Shown: positions 43,175 to 55,984, numbered from the stretch's first letter. The stretch is DNA of 64,000 nt from Octopus vulgaris (GCA_951406725.2 OX597816.1:12462001-12526000), one strand, 5' to 3'. The notes: generated by a model from the sequence alone, not told the origin. Translations and numbers: made by a program.

Positions 43175-43430
43175 GTGGGAGTGTGGCCTAATGGTTAAGA
43201 CGTTACATTCACCATCTCAAGATCTTGGCTTCGATTCACGGAACGGACGGTACGCTGTGTTCTTGAACCAAACGCTTCTTCTCGCACAGTTTCAGTCAAC
43301 TCACCTGTAAATAAGTTACCCCGCGGTGGACTGGCGTCATGTTCAAAGGAAATATTGAAATCTCAGAGTCTTTTTTTTATCACGGAATCCAGATGAAACC
43401 CCGACTTCAGGAGTCCTACCACAACAGACT
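43175..43430 (+). mobile_element. Old tRNA-derived SINE
   Basis: TGGCCTAATGG A-box, GCTTCGATTC B-box, CTGTGTTCTTGA core-like segment. Confidence 0.55.
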
Positions 43431-43455
43431 TTAATGACCAGGGAGACGCCCTTTA

Positions 43456-43545
43456 GGATCTTTACCTTTTGACCTACAGATTTAAAAAATAATTTTTTGT
43501 CACTAAACACTTTCAAACTTTAATGTGTCATATAAAACAAATGTG

Positions 43546-43615
<70 letters not shown>

Positions 43616-44205
43616 GAATGTGTCATATATAGAATGTGTCATATAAAACATCTTTTACTCTTAGCATTTTTGAGAAAGATATATTTACGAAGTTATTTCA
43701 TGTTAGACTTCTCGCATTTTGGTAATTTCAACCAATCAATGACGTGTATTCAACTGAATAAAATTACTGCTGTTGTTTGTCAACAAGAACTTCCGGCTGT
43801 GTATATTTCGTTTGTCACTGTTATTTATGACACCCCTAACTCTAAAACCCTAACCCTAACACCCTAACCCTAACCCTAAAACCCTAACTCTAAAACCTTA
43901 AAAACCAGTACAAACGCACGAATGATGTCATAAATAACAGCGACAAATGAAATATACACCACCGATAGTTGTTGTTGATAAACAATGGAGGTAATTTTAT
44001 TCAGCTGAATACACGTCATTGATTGGTTGAAATTACCGAAATACCAGAACTTTAACGTGAAATAACTTCGTAAATATAAGTTTTTCTCAAAAATGCTAAG
44101 AGTAAAAGATGTTTTATATGATACATTCTACCAGTGTCCGAAGTTTGAAATTGTTTAGTGACGAAAAATTATTTTTCAAATCTGTAGGTCAAAAGGTAAA
44201 GATCC
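43456..44205. mobile_element. Fold-back MITE with GGATCTTT termini, 8-bp TSD and central telomere-like repeats (Merlin-like)
   Basis: TSD GCCCTTTA at 43448-43455 and 44206-44213; long imperfect arms; (AACCCT)-like array at ~43833-43900. Confidence 0.9.
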
Positions 44206-44732
44206 GCCCTTTACGTTTTACATCGATGTATTTCATAGGGGTGACCATTATTCCTCCATTTATAACTGCACACCCAAAGCTTCCCAAAGCTTTCTTATTC
44301 ACTTTTAACCGCGTAGGTGTTGATTAAAGGAAACGAAATTAGGAAATGTCTTTGTTGAACTCCTTCTATCCAATCTCAAACAACTCAGTAAAACCCACAT
44401 TAATTTTCCCAGACGTTTTTCTAATAAAATAAAGTGATTTTAAGAATTACTATAAAATATTAAGAAAATCCCATTTCTGCTTATCACCGACCAAAATATT
44501 TCATAAATAAATGTGTCGAAAGCATCTTTGAAATCGATAAAAGCAATAAATAATGTTTGCAGCTGGTCTGTATTTCCTTAAATGTTCATTTTTAATTTAA
44601 GAATAGCCTAAACTTCCCTTCTTTTTCCAGTTTTAAAACCACCTTGCTCTGCCATTTCAGTTTGATAAGTGACTTTAATTCTATCAAAAATTATACTAGG
44701 TTCTCCGATAAAGTTGTTCGTTTGTTCTGTGT

Positions 44733-45003
44733 AGAGGCACATGGCTCAGTGGTTAGGGTATTCGACTCACTATCATGAGTTCGATTTCCGATGGCGTGTT
44801 GTGTGTCTGAGCAAGATACATTATTTCACGGTCTCCGGAGCACTCGGCTGTCACATCCTGCATCACGCAGTATCTCCCCGAGTACCACGTCAAGGGTTTG
44901 CATGTCTGTGCGGTGCTCAACCACTTGCACGTTAATTTCATGAAGAAGCTCTTCCGTTCATCAGATCAACTGGAACGTTCGCCATCGTAACCGACGGAGA
45001 GCA
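44733..45003 (+). mobile_element. Degraded SINE family 3 relative
   Basis: TGGCTCAGTGG head and GTAACCGACGGAG tail. Confidence 0.7.
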
Positions 45004-45054
45004 AGTAACAGTAAAAATTATCTTAGTGTTCCCAAAATATTTTTATCGCAGTAA

Positions 45055-45791
45055 GGCGGCGAGCTGGTAGAAACGTTAGCACGCCGGGCGAAATTCTTAG
45101 CGGTATTTCGTCTGCCGCTACTTTCTGAGTTCAAATTCCGCCGAGGTCGACTTTGCCTTTCATCCTTTCGGGGTCGATTAAATAAGTACTAGTTACGCAC
45201 TGTGGTCGATGTAATCGACTTAATCCCTTTGTCTGTCCTTGTTTGTCCTTTATATGTAGCCCCTTGTGGGTAGTAAAGAAATAGGTATTTCGTTACGTTC
45301 TGAGTTCAAATTCTGCCGAGGTCGACTTTGCCTTTCATCCTTTCGGAGTCAATAAATAAAGTACCAGTTTCGCACTGGGGTAGATGTAATCGACTTAATC
45401 CCTTTGTCTGTCCTTGTTTGTCTCCTCTGTGTTTAGCCCTTTGTGGGTAGTAAAGAAATAGGTATTTCGTCTGCCGTTACGTTCTGAGTTCAAATTCCGC
45501 CGAGGTCGACTTTGCTTTTCATCCTTTCGGAGTCAATAAATAAAGTACCAGTTTCGCACTGGGGTAGATGTAATCGACTTAATCCCTTTGTCTGTCCTTG
45601 TTTGTCTCCTCTGTGTTTAGCCCCTTGTGGGTAGTAAAGAAATAGGTATTTCGTCTGCCGTTACGTTCTGAGTTCAAATTCCGCCGAGGTCGACTTTGCT
45701 TTTCATCCTTTCGGGGTCAATAAATAAAGTACCAGTTTCGCACTGGGGTAGATCTAATCTTTGTTTAGCCCCTTGTAGGCAGTAAAGAAAT
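45055..45791 (+). mobile_element. SINE family 2 with four tandem bodies
   Basis: Bodies start at 45102, 45284, 45461 and 45645; 18-bp TSD AAATATTTTTATCGCAGT at 45035-45052 and 45792-45809. Confidence 0.93.
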
Positions 45792-46135
45792 AAATATTTT
45801 TATCGCAGTGTTTTATAGTGTTCCCCCCTTTTTTTGCAGTTCTATTCTTCGTCTGGAACTTTTGCTAATCGCTTTTGAAATTTGAATAAATTTTACCTCT
45901 TTTTACAAATGTGACGATATGATGGATCGATATGTATAATGGATGGTAAAATGATTGCAATATTTCTGTTGATAAATCATTCGATTTAGAATCTTCTTAA
46001 TATTGCTTTGTCATATAAAGTCATTCGCTGTTTTCCATTTATCAGCAGAAGTATTTCATTAATTTTCCAGTCCATTCTATATATCAATCCGTTTTTTTTT
46101 GTGACAATGGGATAAACGTAGATTTATTTCAATAA

Positions 46136-46510
46136 TCTATCTATATATATAAAGCTGAAGTTGTCTGTGTATGCTAGGTTTGGTAGCCTTCAACTAGCAC
46201 TACCTCCTCCGGAATCCTGCCGCACAAGTTGACCAAAATTAACAGAATGATAGAAGAAGGCTTGCTCTTCTTTCTTTAGAAGAAAAAATTCAAATCGGAC
46301 CATGTTAACACCAAAAATTATTTACATCAAAAGGTGCTTTTCTTCTATGAAAATCCCTATTTTTTACGATTTTTTGACTGCTGTGTCACCATTTTTCGGT
46401 GTATTTCAACCAGAAAAATGTTCACTTAAAGATAATACCAAACTACACAATGCACAACTTTTACTTTTCAAAAATTCCAATTCTAAAGGGTCGAAACAAA
46501 CCCGAGCAAC
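46136..46510 (+). mobile_element. Non-autonomous Helitron, truncated in the 3' hairpin
   Basis: TCTAT..ATAAAG start; ends ACCCGAGCAAC, identical to the first half of the hairpin at 29302. Confidence 0.7.
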
Positions 46511-46907
46511 TATAAATGTGAGTTCTAGGTATTAGTGCGTCGTGTTGAAATTTCACTGCGGTTTCTTTACCATTGTTTTTTTTTCGAAGTCGCCCTGTCG
46601 TCTGTTGTTTTTCCATCTGATTATCTTATGTGCCTTATCGTTTGCTTGATTCGGTCATTGGACTGCGACTATGTTGGGACATCACTTTGAAGGGTTTAGT
46701 CGAACGAATTGATCCTAGTACCTGTTTTTCTTTAAAGTTTTGTCGAACCGTTAGCTAACAGGGACGTCTTTCATTCTTGCATTCTTTTATTCTTTTACTT
46801 GATCCACTCACTTGACTGCGGCCATGCTGGAGTACTGCTTTTAGTCGAACAAATTGCCCCCACGACTTATTCTTTGTAAGCCAAGTACTTATTTTCTCTC
46901 TCTCTCC

Positions 46908-46942
<35 letters not shown>

Positions 46943-47035
46943 AAATATTATTAGAGACAAAACCACTATTTTGCAAAACAAACAAGGAAAGACTTAATCA
47001 ATACATAAAATTTTAATAAATAGTCAAAAAAACCG

Positions 47036-47078
47036 CCACTACAATTGTTTCTTGTCTTGATCGACAATCTTCAGGTGG
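47036..47078 (-). ncRNA. Minimal type I hammerhead ribozyme candidate, fully canonical
   Basis: CCAC-CTGAAGA-TTGTC-gatcaa-GACAA-GAAA-CAATTG-TA-GTGG; palindromic ACAATTGT stem III; GUA cleavage triplet; lies in a ~245-bp element between (TA)n tracts (~46940-47185). Confidence 0.85.
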
Positions 47079-47718
47079 ACTTCCAATAAGTCAGTTTCAA
47101 ATTTTACTATAAAATTGGATTTAATCCTAAATCTGATTTTTTCCCTGTGAATTTGGATTTATTCCCTAATATTTATTATTATTATATGTATATATATATA
47201 TTTATATATATATATGTATGTATGTATGTGTGTATATATTTTATATATAAATATATCCACTGGCGGTGCTCCAGCATAGCTGAAGTCTACAGATTGAAAC
47301 AAATAAAAGATATCCATTGCGTGAGAAGACGTTTGAATAATCGTATCCCAATACCGAAAAATACCAGTTGGCTCTCAGAGCTGTATAACTCGAGTGTGTA
47401 ATAAGAGGTAAAATATGGAGATGCACGTATCCATGGCATTCTATCGTTTATATTACTTACACAAGGTGCAATGTAAAGATCAGGAAAATAATCAACGATG
47501 CATATATGTATATCCTAAGATTGTTCTTTACAACTGTTTCAAAACTTCAACGGCAGGTTGATGTAATAATGTGTATTACGCAAAAGCTGTGAGTGCAACA
47601 CATATATATATACGCATACACACATATATGTACATGCTAACATATGCATACACACATACACATATATATATATGCTTTGTTTATCCGTATATGATACAAT
47701 TGGTGTGGATAAATACAT

Positions 47719-47888
47719 AGGCGCAGGAGTGGCTGTGTGGTAAGAAGCTTGCTTCCCAACCACATGGTTCCGGATTCACTCGCAATACGTGGCACCTTGG
47801 ACAAGTGTTTTCTACTAGAGACTCGGGGCGACCAAAGCCTTGAGAGAGGGTTTGGTAGACGGAAACTGAAAGAAGCCCGTCGTATATA

Positions 47889-47932
<44 letters not shown>

Positions 47933-48142
47933 CTTATTTGAGTGTCTGTGTATCGCCCACCACCACCGCTTGACAACCAATGCTGGTGTGTTTACGTCCC
48001 CGTTACGTAGCGGTCGGCAAAAGTTTTCGATAAAATAACTACTAGGCTTAACAAAGAATAAGTCCCGGCTCGATTTGTTCGATTAAAGGTGCTCTAGTAT
48101 GGCCGCAGTCAAATGGCAGAAGCAAACAAAAGAATAAAAGAA
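47719..48142 (+). mobile_element. SINE family 1, full length
   Basis: Homology to the 9158 copy. Confidence 0.9.
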
Positions 48143-48557
48143 TACACATATGTATGTTTACACGTTTTATGAGCATGCGCAGTTAATCATGTGCATGAAT
48201 CAGACTTTAGTAATCCAGTATGATTTTACAGCAACAGTCAATTTAAACAAGCTTCGACAATAATATCTGTGATCAGTTACAGACATAGTTAACTTAATCT
48301 CAATTTTGTCTCTAATTTCAGTTATTGAGAATGGCAGTCGTTTCATGATGTTGTAGCTGTAACCTCGTTTTATACGATTTTCATTATTGTATCTTTCTAA
48401 TGCGGGAGGCTAGCAGAGTCATGATCGCATCGAATATAATGCTTGCCGGTATTTCTTCTCGCTTTTTACATTCTGAGCCCCAAAACCACTGAGGTTTGCC
48501 TTTAATCCTTTCGGGAAGGATAAAGTAATTATCATTTGAGAACTTTGGGTGGATGTA

Positions 48558-49076
48558 GTAAAGATTATTTACCAACGTAACATGACAGTCCTGGTTTAAG
48601 ACGAATATTGCTATAATTTAGCCTCAGGAGACATCGCCCCCAGCTGGCTATACGACACGATCTGTATCCTTATATTTTCGAACAAGGGAATCTAGCACCC
48701 CCACTCAGCACAAAACAATATCTGGGTATCGTTTTCCTTGATGTTGTAGGTGTAACTTCGTTTTATATGACTTTCATTATTGTATCTTTCTAAGGTGGTT
48801 GGCTAGCAGAGTCGCGATCGCGATCGCACCAAAGATAATGTTCACCGGTATTTCTTCCGGCTCTGTACATTCTGAGCCCCTCAACGTTTTCCTCCGGAAA
48901 TCGTGATACACAGATATTGTTTTGAGCTGAGTGGGGGTGTTAGATTCCCTGTTCGAAACTATAAGGACACAAATCATGCCGTATAGCCAGCTGGAGATGA
49001 TGTCTCCTGCGGCTAAATTACATCAACATTCGTCCTAAACCAGGACTGCCATGTTATATTGGCAAATAATCTTTAC
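48558..49076. mobile_element. Inverted-repeat element (~170-bp arms) whose spacer copies the upstream flank
   Basis: Arms 48558-48731 and ~48900-49076; single arm also at 35640-35765. Confidence 0.75.
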
Positions 49077-49468
49077 TCCAAAGTACTGTTGCTGAATATC
49101 TCTCGCTGTGAGATTTACAAATAGTAATTTGGGTGGATGTAATCGACTTACCAACAACGTCCCTGAAATTACTGTCCTTCTGCCAAAATATGAATCTTCT
49201 ACAAAGAGGAATGGTGAAGATATAGACATGTCAAATACCAACAACAATAAAATTAATACCTTTCAGAAGCCGCAAGGAACGAATGTATAAGAAGACCCAT
49301 ATGTATGCCCATAGATGTTGTATCATGGAAATCTAGATTTACTTACGGAGACAGCGACTGAGTATCGGCTGGAGGAAATACATATGGATCTTCTTATACA
49401 GGTAAATTGTTACATAATTTAATTTAAACTCCACTTCAAATCCTGTATATATATATATATATATATAA

Positions 49469-49655
49469 AGTTAATCCAAACAAGAAAACACAGAAAAAAA
49501 GAGAAAAAAAAACACAGCAACGCAGGACGTGGAACAATTAAAGTATTTTTGACGCTCAGGAAAGAAGGGAAGGAGGGTTTAACGTTTCGAGCGGAGCTCT
49601 TCGTCGGAAACAAGGAGAAGGAAAGATCCATAGAAGGGAAGACAGAAGAAAAAAT
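49469..49655 (-). mobile_element. Family B end with hammerhead-like motif (49577-49611)
   Basis: Motif identical to those at 12215 and 61981. Confidence 0.78.
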
Positions 49656-50618
49656 ATTTGAGCTGGTGGTGCTCAAGAGATCATATATATGCCTGTATAT
49701 ATGTGTGTATATGTATGAATTAATATGCTTGGCAATTTCTTCATACAGGCGTATGATGCTATTGGGAAAGCAGAAAGAGCTTCTTGTATCCAAGGCGAAA
49801 ATAATTTTCAGCAAATATATTCTGCTATGGATAGATTGTTTTATTCCACCTTATTGTTTTGTCCTTCGTTCGTCTTTGTGCGTCGGTGGGTATATTTTAT
49901 GTCGTTACTACACTTTCTGCACATGTATATACCATCAGGACCATACACGAATACATATAGATTAACCTATATAAATCTAATTTAAAACGGCAGTAAATGC
50001 TATATTCATAACAGACTTTCTCATTACGAAACCATCCTTTCTATTAAATTATGCATTCCCATTCCGACCAGCTTTTGGGAATGGAAACTAATCTTACAGC
50101 TTAGCAATGTTAATCATCAAACCTTCAGCAGCATCATTCCATGTCAAGGATGTAACGACGCAACAGAAGATACCACGCCATTTGTCTAATAATATTCAAC
50201 ATTGATATATGTTTAACTTTGAACTTGTTCCCTCGGTTGTCGGTCATTTTAATCGAAATATTACTTCGTGCAAAGAGGCATCCACAAAGCTATATAACGT
50301 CATAACAGAGGCTTTGGACATTGCTATCATTCAAATTGCGTTAATATTCAGTCCTCGACGCCATATAGATTACCAGAATAAATGCTTATGAAACAAGGAC
50401 AAAATAAGACTTTTATGGGAAACATGGTGAATAAAAAATATGTTGAGCGAAATAATATATATTTATGTATCTAAATACTAACCAAGGAGATGTAAACCGC
50501 AATGATAAACACCAATTATGACCACATTGTAGTAATAGAAAAACTTATGATACAGCTAATACGGTAACAACGTCGGTAAATAGAGTCGGGACTACTTTGT
50601 ATACGAACAATATGATAA

Positions 50619-51047
50619 ATGCTCATCCAGAGAAAAATCAAAATGTCCATTGATGAATCTCTGTATGAGTACAAATCTTGTATACAAATGTACCGTGCAC
50701 ACAAGGGGAGGGTCGTATGTTTACATTGGGAAGACGGGTGATTCATTTAAGAATCGTTATCGTAACCATGTCGCCAGCTTTAAGACCATGAATAAGAGAC
50801 ATTCAACATCTTTGGCCGATTTTTTATGGCGACTGAAGGAAGATGAAATGAAGTACAGCATAACATGGTCCATAGAAGGCAGGTGAAATCATACAATGTA
50901 ATTTCCAGGAGATGCCGTCTCTGTTCCGAGGAATCCCTGTCTATTTTGAGAACTAACAAGATCATTAATAGAATTTCTGAAAGACTCTCGTGATGCCTAC
51001 ACGCATGTAAATATACTTTCGCACAACACAGTGGGAATGAATTTTGA
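50619..51047 (+). pseudogene. Penelope-like (Naiad-type) GIY-YIG endonuclease remnant
   Basis: CSSREKSKCPLMNLC..NLVYKC..YIGKTGDSFKNRYRNH..STSLADFLWRLK..ITWSI / (frameshift) KSYN..RCRLCSEE..INRISE..*CLH. Confidence 0.9.
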
Positions 51048-51369
51048 GTAACCATTAACATCATTTAATTTCCTCTAAGTTAAATTTACATTTAAGTTCC
51101 CCATTCGTACAAACAAAAGTAGATAGTTAACTCGCTTTGTGATCATGAGTGCACCAAACCTCACGCGTGCGTATGCTCACATTTTTGCGGATGCTTGTAT
51201 GAGCGAGTGTACTCGCGATATACAACTTGCCCGAGGGCGTTTATGATTCCATATTTGTTAAAGGTTATTTTTAATACTTTTCTCGTTGCATTGCGTGTTC
51301 ACTTCTCATTTTTACCCATCTGTGATTTTATTTTTGATCTTCAATATAAATGAAGATATTTCCTCCGCA

Positions 51370-51670
51370 TGGGCAAGTGTCTTCTACAGTAGCTTCCGGC
51401 CGACCAAAGCCTTGCGAGTGGATTTGCTGGGCGGAAACTGAAAGAAGCCCCTCGTATATATATATATGCATATATGTCTGTGTTTCTCCCATCACCATCG
51501 CTTGACAACCGACGCTGGCGTGTTTACGTTCCCGTAACCTAGCGGTTCAACAATAGAGCCCGATAGAACAAGTACTAGGCTTACAAAGAATAAGACTTGG
51601 GGTCGATTTGTTCGAGTAAAGGCTGTGCTCCAGCATAGCTATAGTCAAATGGCTGAAACAAATAAAAGAA
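51370..51670 (+). mobile_element. SINE family 1, 5' truncated
   Basis: Homology to the 9158 copy. Confidence 0.88.
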
Positions 51671-51674
51671 TATG

Positions 51675-51817
51675 TATTCTTTCTGTGTTCCTTTCTGTGG
51701 AAGAGCGTAGGCTCGAAACATTAAAGACTTTTTCACTTCCCGATCGTTAAACTAATACACCTGTTTGTTGTCTACACCACCTGTCTTCGTCTTTTGTTTT
51801 TCTTTGTGAATTCTCCC
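51675..51817 (+). mobile_element. Family A end with hammerhead-like motif (51691-51726)
   Basis: CTTT-CTGTGGA-A-GAGCGTAGGCTC-GAAACATT-AAAG; ends at (TA)n. Confidence 0.75.
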
Positions 51818-51843
51818 TATATATAAATATGTGCGCACACATC

Positions 51844-51876
<33 letters not shown>

Positions 51877-52094
51877 TCATATACATACACATATATACAC
51901 ACATATATGTGTTTGTATGTATATATATATGTAAATATATATATTTAGAGAATTATATACTATTTATTTATTATTTCGCACTTTAGTTCTCGGTAAATGT
52001 TTTATCGTATCTTTAATATTTTTCTATATGGTATGATTTAAGTATATCATTGTTGAATTGCAACATTGTGGTTCTTCTCTAATTTATATACATG

Positions 52095-52135
<41 letters not shown>

Positions 52136-52217
52136 CATACATACATATATATCTATCTATATATGTATATTTATATATATATATATGTTTGTATGTTTAT
52201 ATATATAGATATATATT

Positions 52218-52264
<47 letters not shown>

Positions 52265-53638
52265 ATCAATCTATCTCTATCTGTATCTATGTATATATGT
52301 TTGCATATACGTGCACAATTTCGTATATTTTGGAATCAATTTGTTGTTTCCTCGGCTGAAATTATGCTAACAATGAAAAATTTATGCCCCCCAATTTACA
52401 TAATGATTTTACAAACCTCATTATTTTTCAATTCACTTCGGATGTGAAACAATTTTAAAATTCATAGCAGAGTTTCATCTGATGAAAACAATGATTTCTC
52501 TTGCTCCTTATATTCGAAGTAATAAAGTTGATTATGAAGATGAGAAAAACAACATAGACACAGCTCACAAATAAGTCACGAATTGCATTTAATTAGGAGG
52601 TGTATTCGAAAAATACAAGTAGACAAAAATTATTTATTTAAGCAATTTTTTAAGTATTTGAGAATGATTTATATGATTCCTACAATATCGATTTGATTAG
52701 TTAATTTTTTTTCTTTATTCTATAAATGTCAACGACCGATGTGAGCATTGTGCGATTAAACGTGTCACTGTCTTTAGTTTAACATCGGTGAACAGTGGAA
52801 TTATCCTAGACTTATGTAGTTGTTCCATAAAGTAGTATGCATTAAATATACAATAGCTTCATTGTATACATACATCCATGCATACATACAGACAGATAGA
52901 CACATAGATAGATATGTTTGTGTATTAGCCACACAGGGCTGAAGACAGAGGGGACAAAATACAATGTAAAGCTTTTCTTTTAGAAAGAGGAAAAAGGAGA
53001 AAAAAATATAATTTCGATCAAAAGGGATCGTGAAAATAAAAAAAAAGTGCCGATCGGAAGGGATCGTGTATCATAGAAAATATTATAAATGTTACAAAAA
53101 TGAAAAACAGATTAGGTTTATCCGTGGAAAGAAAAGCATACAGAAATGACCACGGTAACCTCGAGCAATAATGTGCTACGGAAACATATTACAGTAAGTG
53201 ACTCTCTTTTTGTTTTCTTTCTTTTTCTGGTTCATAGGATAGATAGATAGATATAAAGATATAAGTATATATATGGTTAGACGCTTGCTTCCCAAACACA
53301 TGATTCCGGATTCAGTCCCACTGCGTGCAGCTTTTGGCAGGTGTCATCTACTATATCCTCTACAAAGACACATACAAAGACATACACACATACACGCACA
53401 CACGCATATATATATATATATTTAAGCTTGAAGGAGGCATGTTTGTGTAGCGAGGCATGGCCGTGTGCGCAGAAACGGCTATTTGGTGAGACGCCTGCTT
53501 CGCAATCACATGGTTCGGTGTTCAGTCCCACTGCATCGCTCAACAGGCATGTGTTGTCTAGTATAGCAACCAAAGCATTGTTAGAGGATTTCGTACACTG
53601 AAACTGAAAGAAGACAGCTTTACGTATGTAGACATATC

Positions 53639-53671
<33 letters not shown>

Positions 53672-54100
53672 TCCTGTGTGTCTCTATTTGTCCGCCAAAC
53701 ACATCCAGACAACCAGTGATGATGTCTTCCTTCCCCTTAACTTGGCGGTTCGGCCTAAGAGACTGATAGGATAATTATAAATCTTTAAAAAAGTACTTCA
53801 AAATTTCTTCAAGTTATATATATATACAACTTCCTCCTTCTTTCTCCCTATTTATTTAATTTTCTGTCTTTTTACCACTTAGCAGCCACCTCCGCTGCTA
53901 TTCCGTTATTGAATGTTGATAGGTTCGTGTCTTTTTTCTGGGTATTTACACAATCATGACTTTAACCTAGATGGAAATACGCAGTATTGCACCTTGAGGT
54001 CTTATGGACTTATTTCTACAAGATCGGAAATTTGAACTGTGAAATTTTATGCTTCTTTTCTCTTCTCGTTCTTCATCTCCTTATTTCTTTACTCCTGTCC

Positions 54101-54412
54101 GCTATATCGGAAATCTGCAATGGCTCCAAAACTACCGCCTCGGCTATAAACTTGGAGCCCCAGTAATCCGTTACAGCACTTACCTAGCATCCCTAATCGT
54201 TTACATTACCTGTAAAATAAACGCCCCATATCCTGTGTATATATATGAATATACATATATATATGAATATATATACACAGGATATGGGGCGTTTATTTTA
54301 CAGGTAATGTAAACGATTAGGGATGCTAGGTAAGTGCTGTAACGGATTACTGGGGCTCCAAGATTATAGCCGAGGCGGTAGTTTTGGAGCCATTGCAGAT
54401 TTCCGATATAGC
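54101..54412. repeat. Near-perfect inverted repeat, ~145-bp arms around a TA-rich spacer
   Basis: GCTATATCGGAAATCTGC...CCTGTGTATAT mirrored, with one mismatch seen. Confidence 0.93.
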
Positions 54413-54419
54413 AGATTTC

Positions 54420-54574
<155 letters not shown>

Positions 54575-54747
54575 TGATGATGCAGAGAAACCGCTTGGGC
54601 TGGATATATAAAATACACGTACATATATATGCATGTGAATAGAGAGAAACAAAAACTGAAAATTTCCAGACGTCTCACCAATGCTGCAGAAGATCCAAAT
54701 GTGTACGCGAGCGCGTGGAAAGAAAAACGGTTTCAAAGTTATTCAAA

Positions 54748-54978
54748 GGCGGCGAGCTAGCAGAATCGTTAGCACGTCGGGCGAAATGCTTAGCTGTATT
54801 TCGTCTGCCGTTACGTTGTGAGTTCAAATTCCGCCGAGGTCGACTTTGCCTTTCATCCTTTCGGGGTCAATAAATTAAGTACCAGTTAAGCACTGGGGTC
54901 GATATAATCGACTTAATACCTATGTCTGTCCATGTTTGTCCCCTCTATGTTCAGCCCCTTGTGGGTAATAAAGAAATA
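54748..54978 (+). mobile_element. SINE family 2 monomer
   Basis: 15-bp flanking repeat GGTTTCAAAGTTATT at 54729-54743 and 54979-54993. Confidence 0.93.
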
Positions 54979-55184
54979 GGTTTCAAAGTTATTTTGGCCA
55001 AGAAGTTATAGAAAAATCAAATCCCACTTGAAAGTGAAAAGATTTCAACACTTCAAGAAATCCAAGAGAAGCTGGAACCGACGCTGAATAAAGTGGTTTC
55101 AGAAAGGGACTAATTCGAAAGAGATTGAGTACCGAATCGATATACATATTAGTTTTCTTTTGATAATACCAGTCCTGATACTTT

Positions 55185-55510
55185 TTGATCAGGCTTCTTA
55201 AACAATCCTCTCTACTAGAAGCCCAAGGCTGTACAGAGATGCTAACGATTCACAGAGATGATAACTATGAAGTACTTGTAGATAAGTTGATTGATTCGTA
55301 CGAATCATTAGGGTGTAATATGTCGTTAAAAGTTCACTATTTGTATTGGCATCTGGCTTTATTTCCTCAGAATGCAGCGACGGACTTGGTGAGAGATGCC
55401 ACCAAGACATAAGTCAAATGGAAACTCGATATAAGGGGGAGTGGAGTCGCGCCAGGCTTGCTGAATTTCGCTGGTTTCTTCAGAGAAATAGACCTGATTC
55501 TATACATAGA
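55185..55510 (+). pseudogene. DNA transposase C-terminal remnant, Chapaev3-like (CMC)
   Basis: DNYEVLVDKLIDSYESLGCNMSLKVHYLYWHLALFPQN / SDGLGERCHQDISQMETRYKGEWS, compare MSLKIHFLHSHLDFFP..SDEHGERFHQDI. Confidence 0.8.
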
Positions 55511-55984
55511 AAGAAACATAAATATTGTACGAAAAAAGATAGATGTTCTTCCTTTAATAAAATACGCAAATAACTTATTTACTATTAATAACAGTCCATT
55601 TTGCAAAAGAAAATTCGCTTTAATTCTAGAAAAAAATGCTATTTTCACAGAAAAACGGCCCACTTTCTAGCAAAAACATGCCGTTTAGTGACGGCTCATT
55701 TTACGAAACACTGGAGTAATTTCATGAAAAACGGAGTCCGTTTTCGTTATCTATGGTAAAAACTGTTCCAGAAAATGATGTTATCTTCTCTGTAGCGAAA
55801 TCATTGTAGCAACTAATATATTACATCGAGGTTAAATGTTTGTCTCAACAGTTCTTCATAGACCGCGTTGCAGAAGTACAAACATGCCGTCTTCAATAGA
55901 TTCACAGCAATCAAGTCAGTTTAGAGTAGATTTATACTATGGCACGTCAGGTCAGAGGTATTGTACTAGAGATGTTGGTGTATG

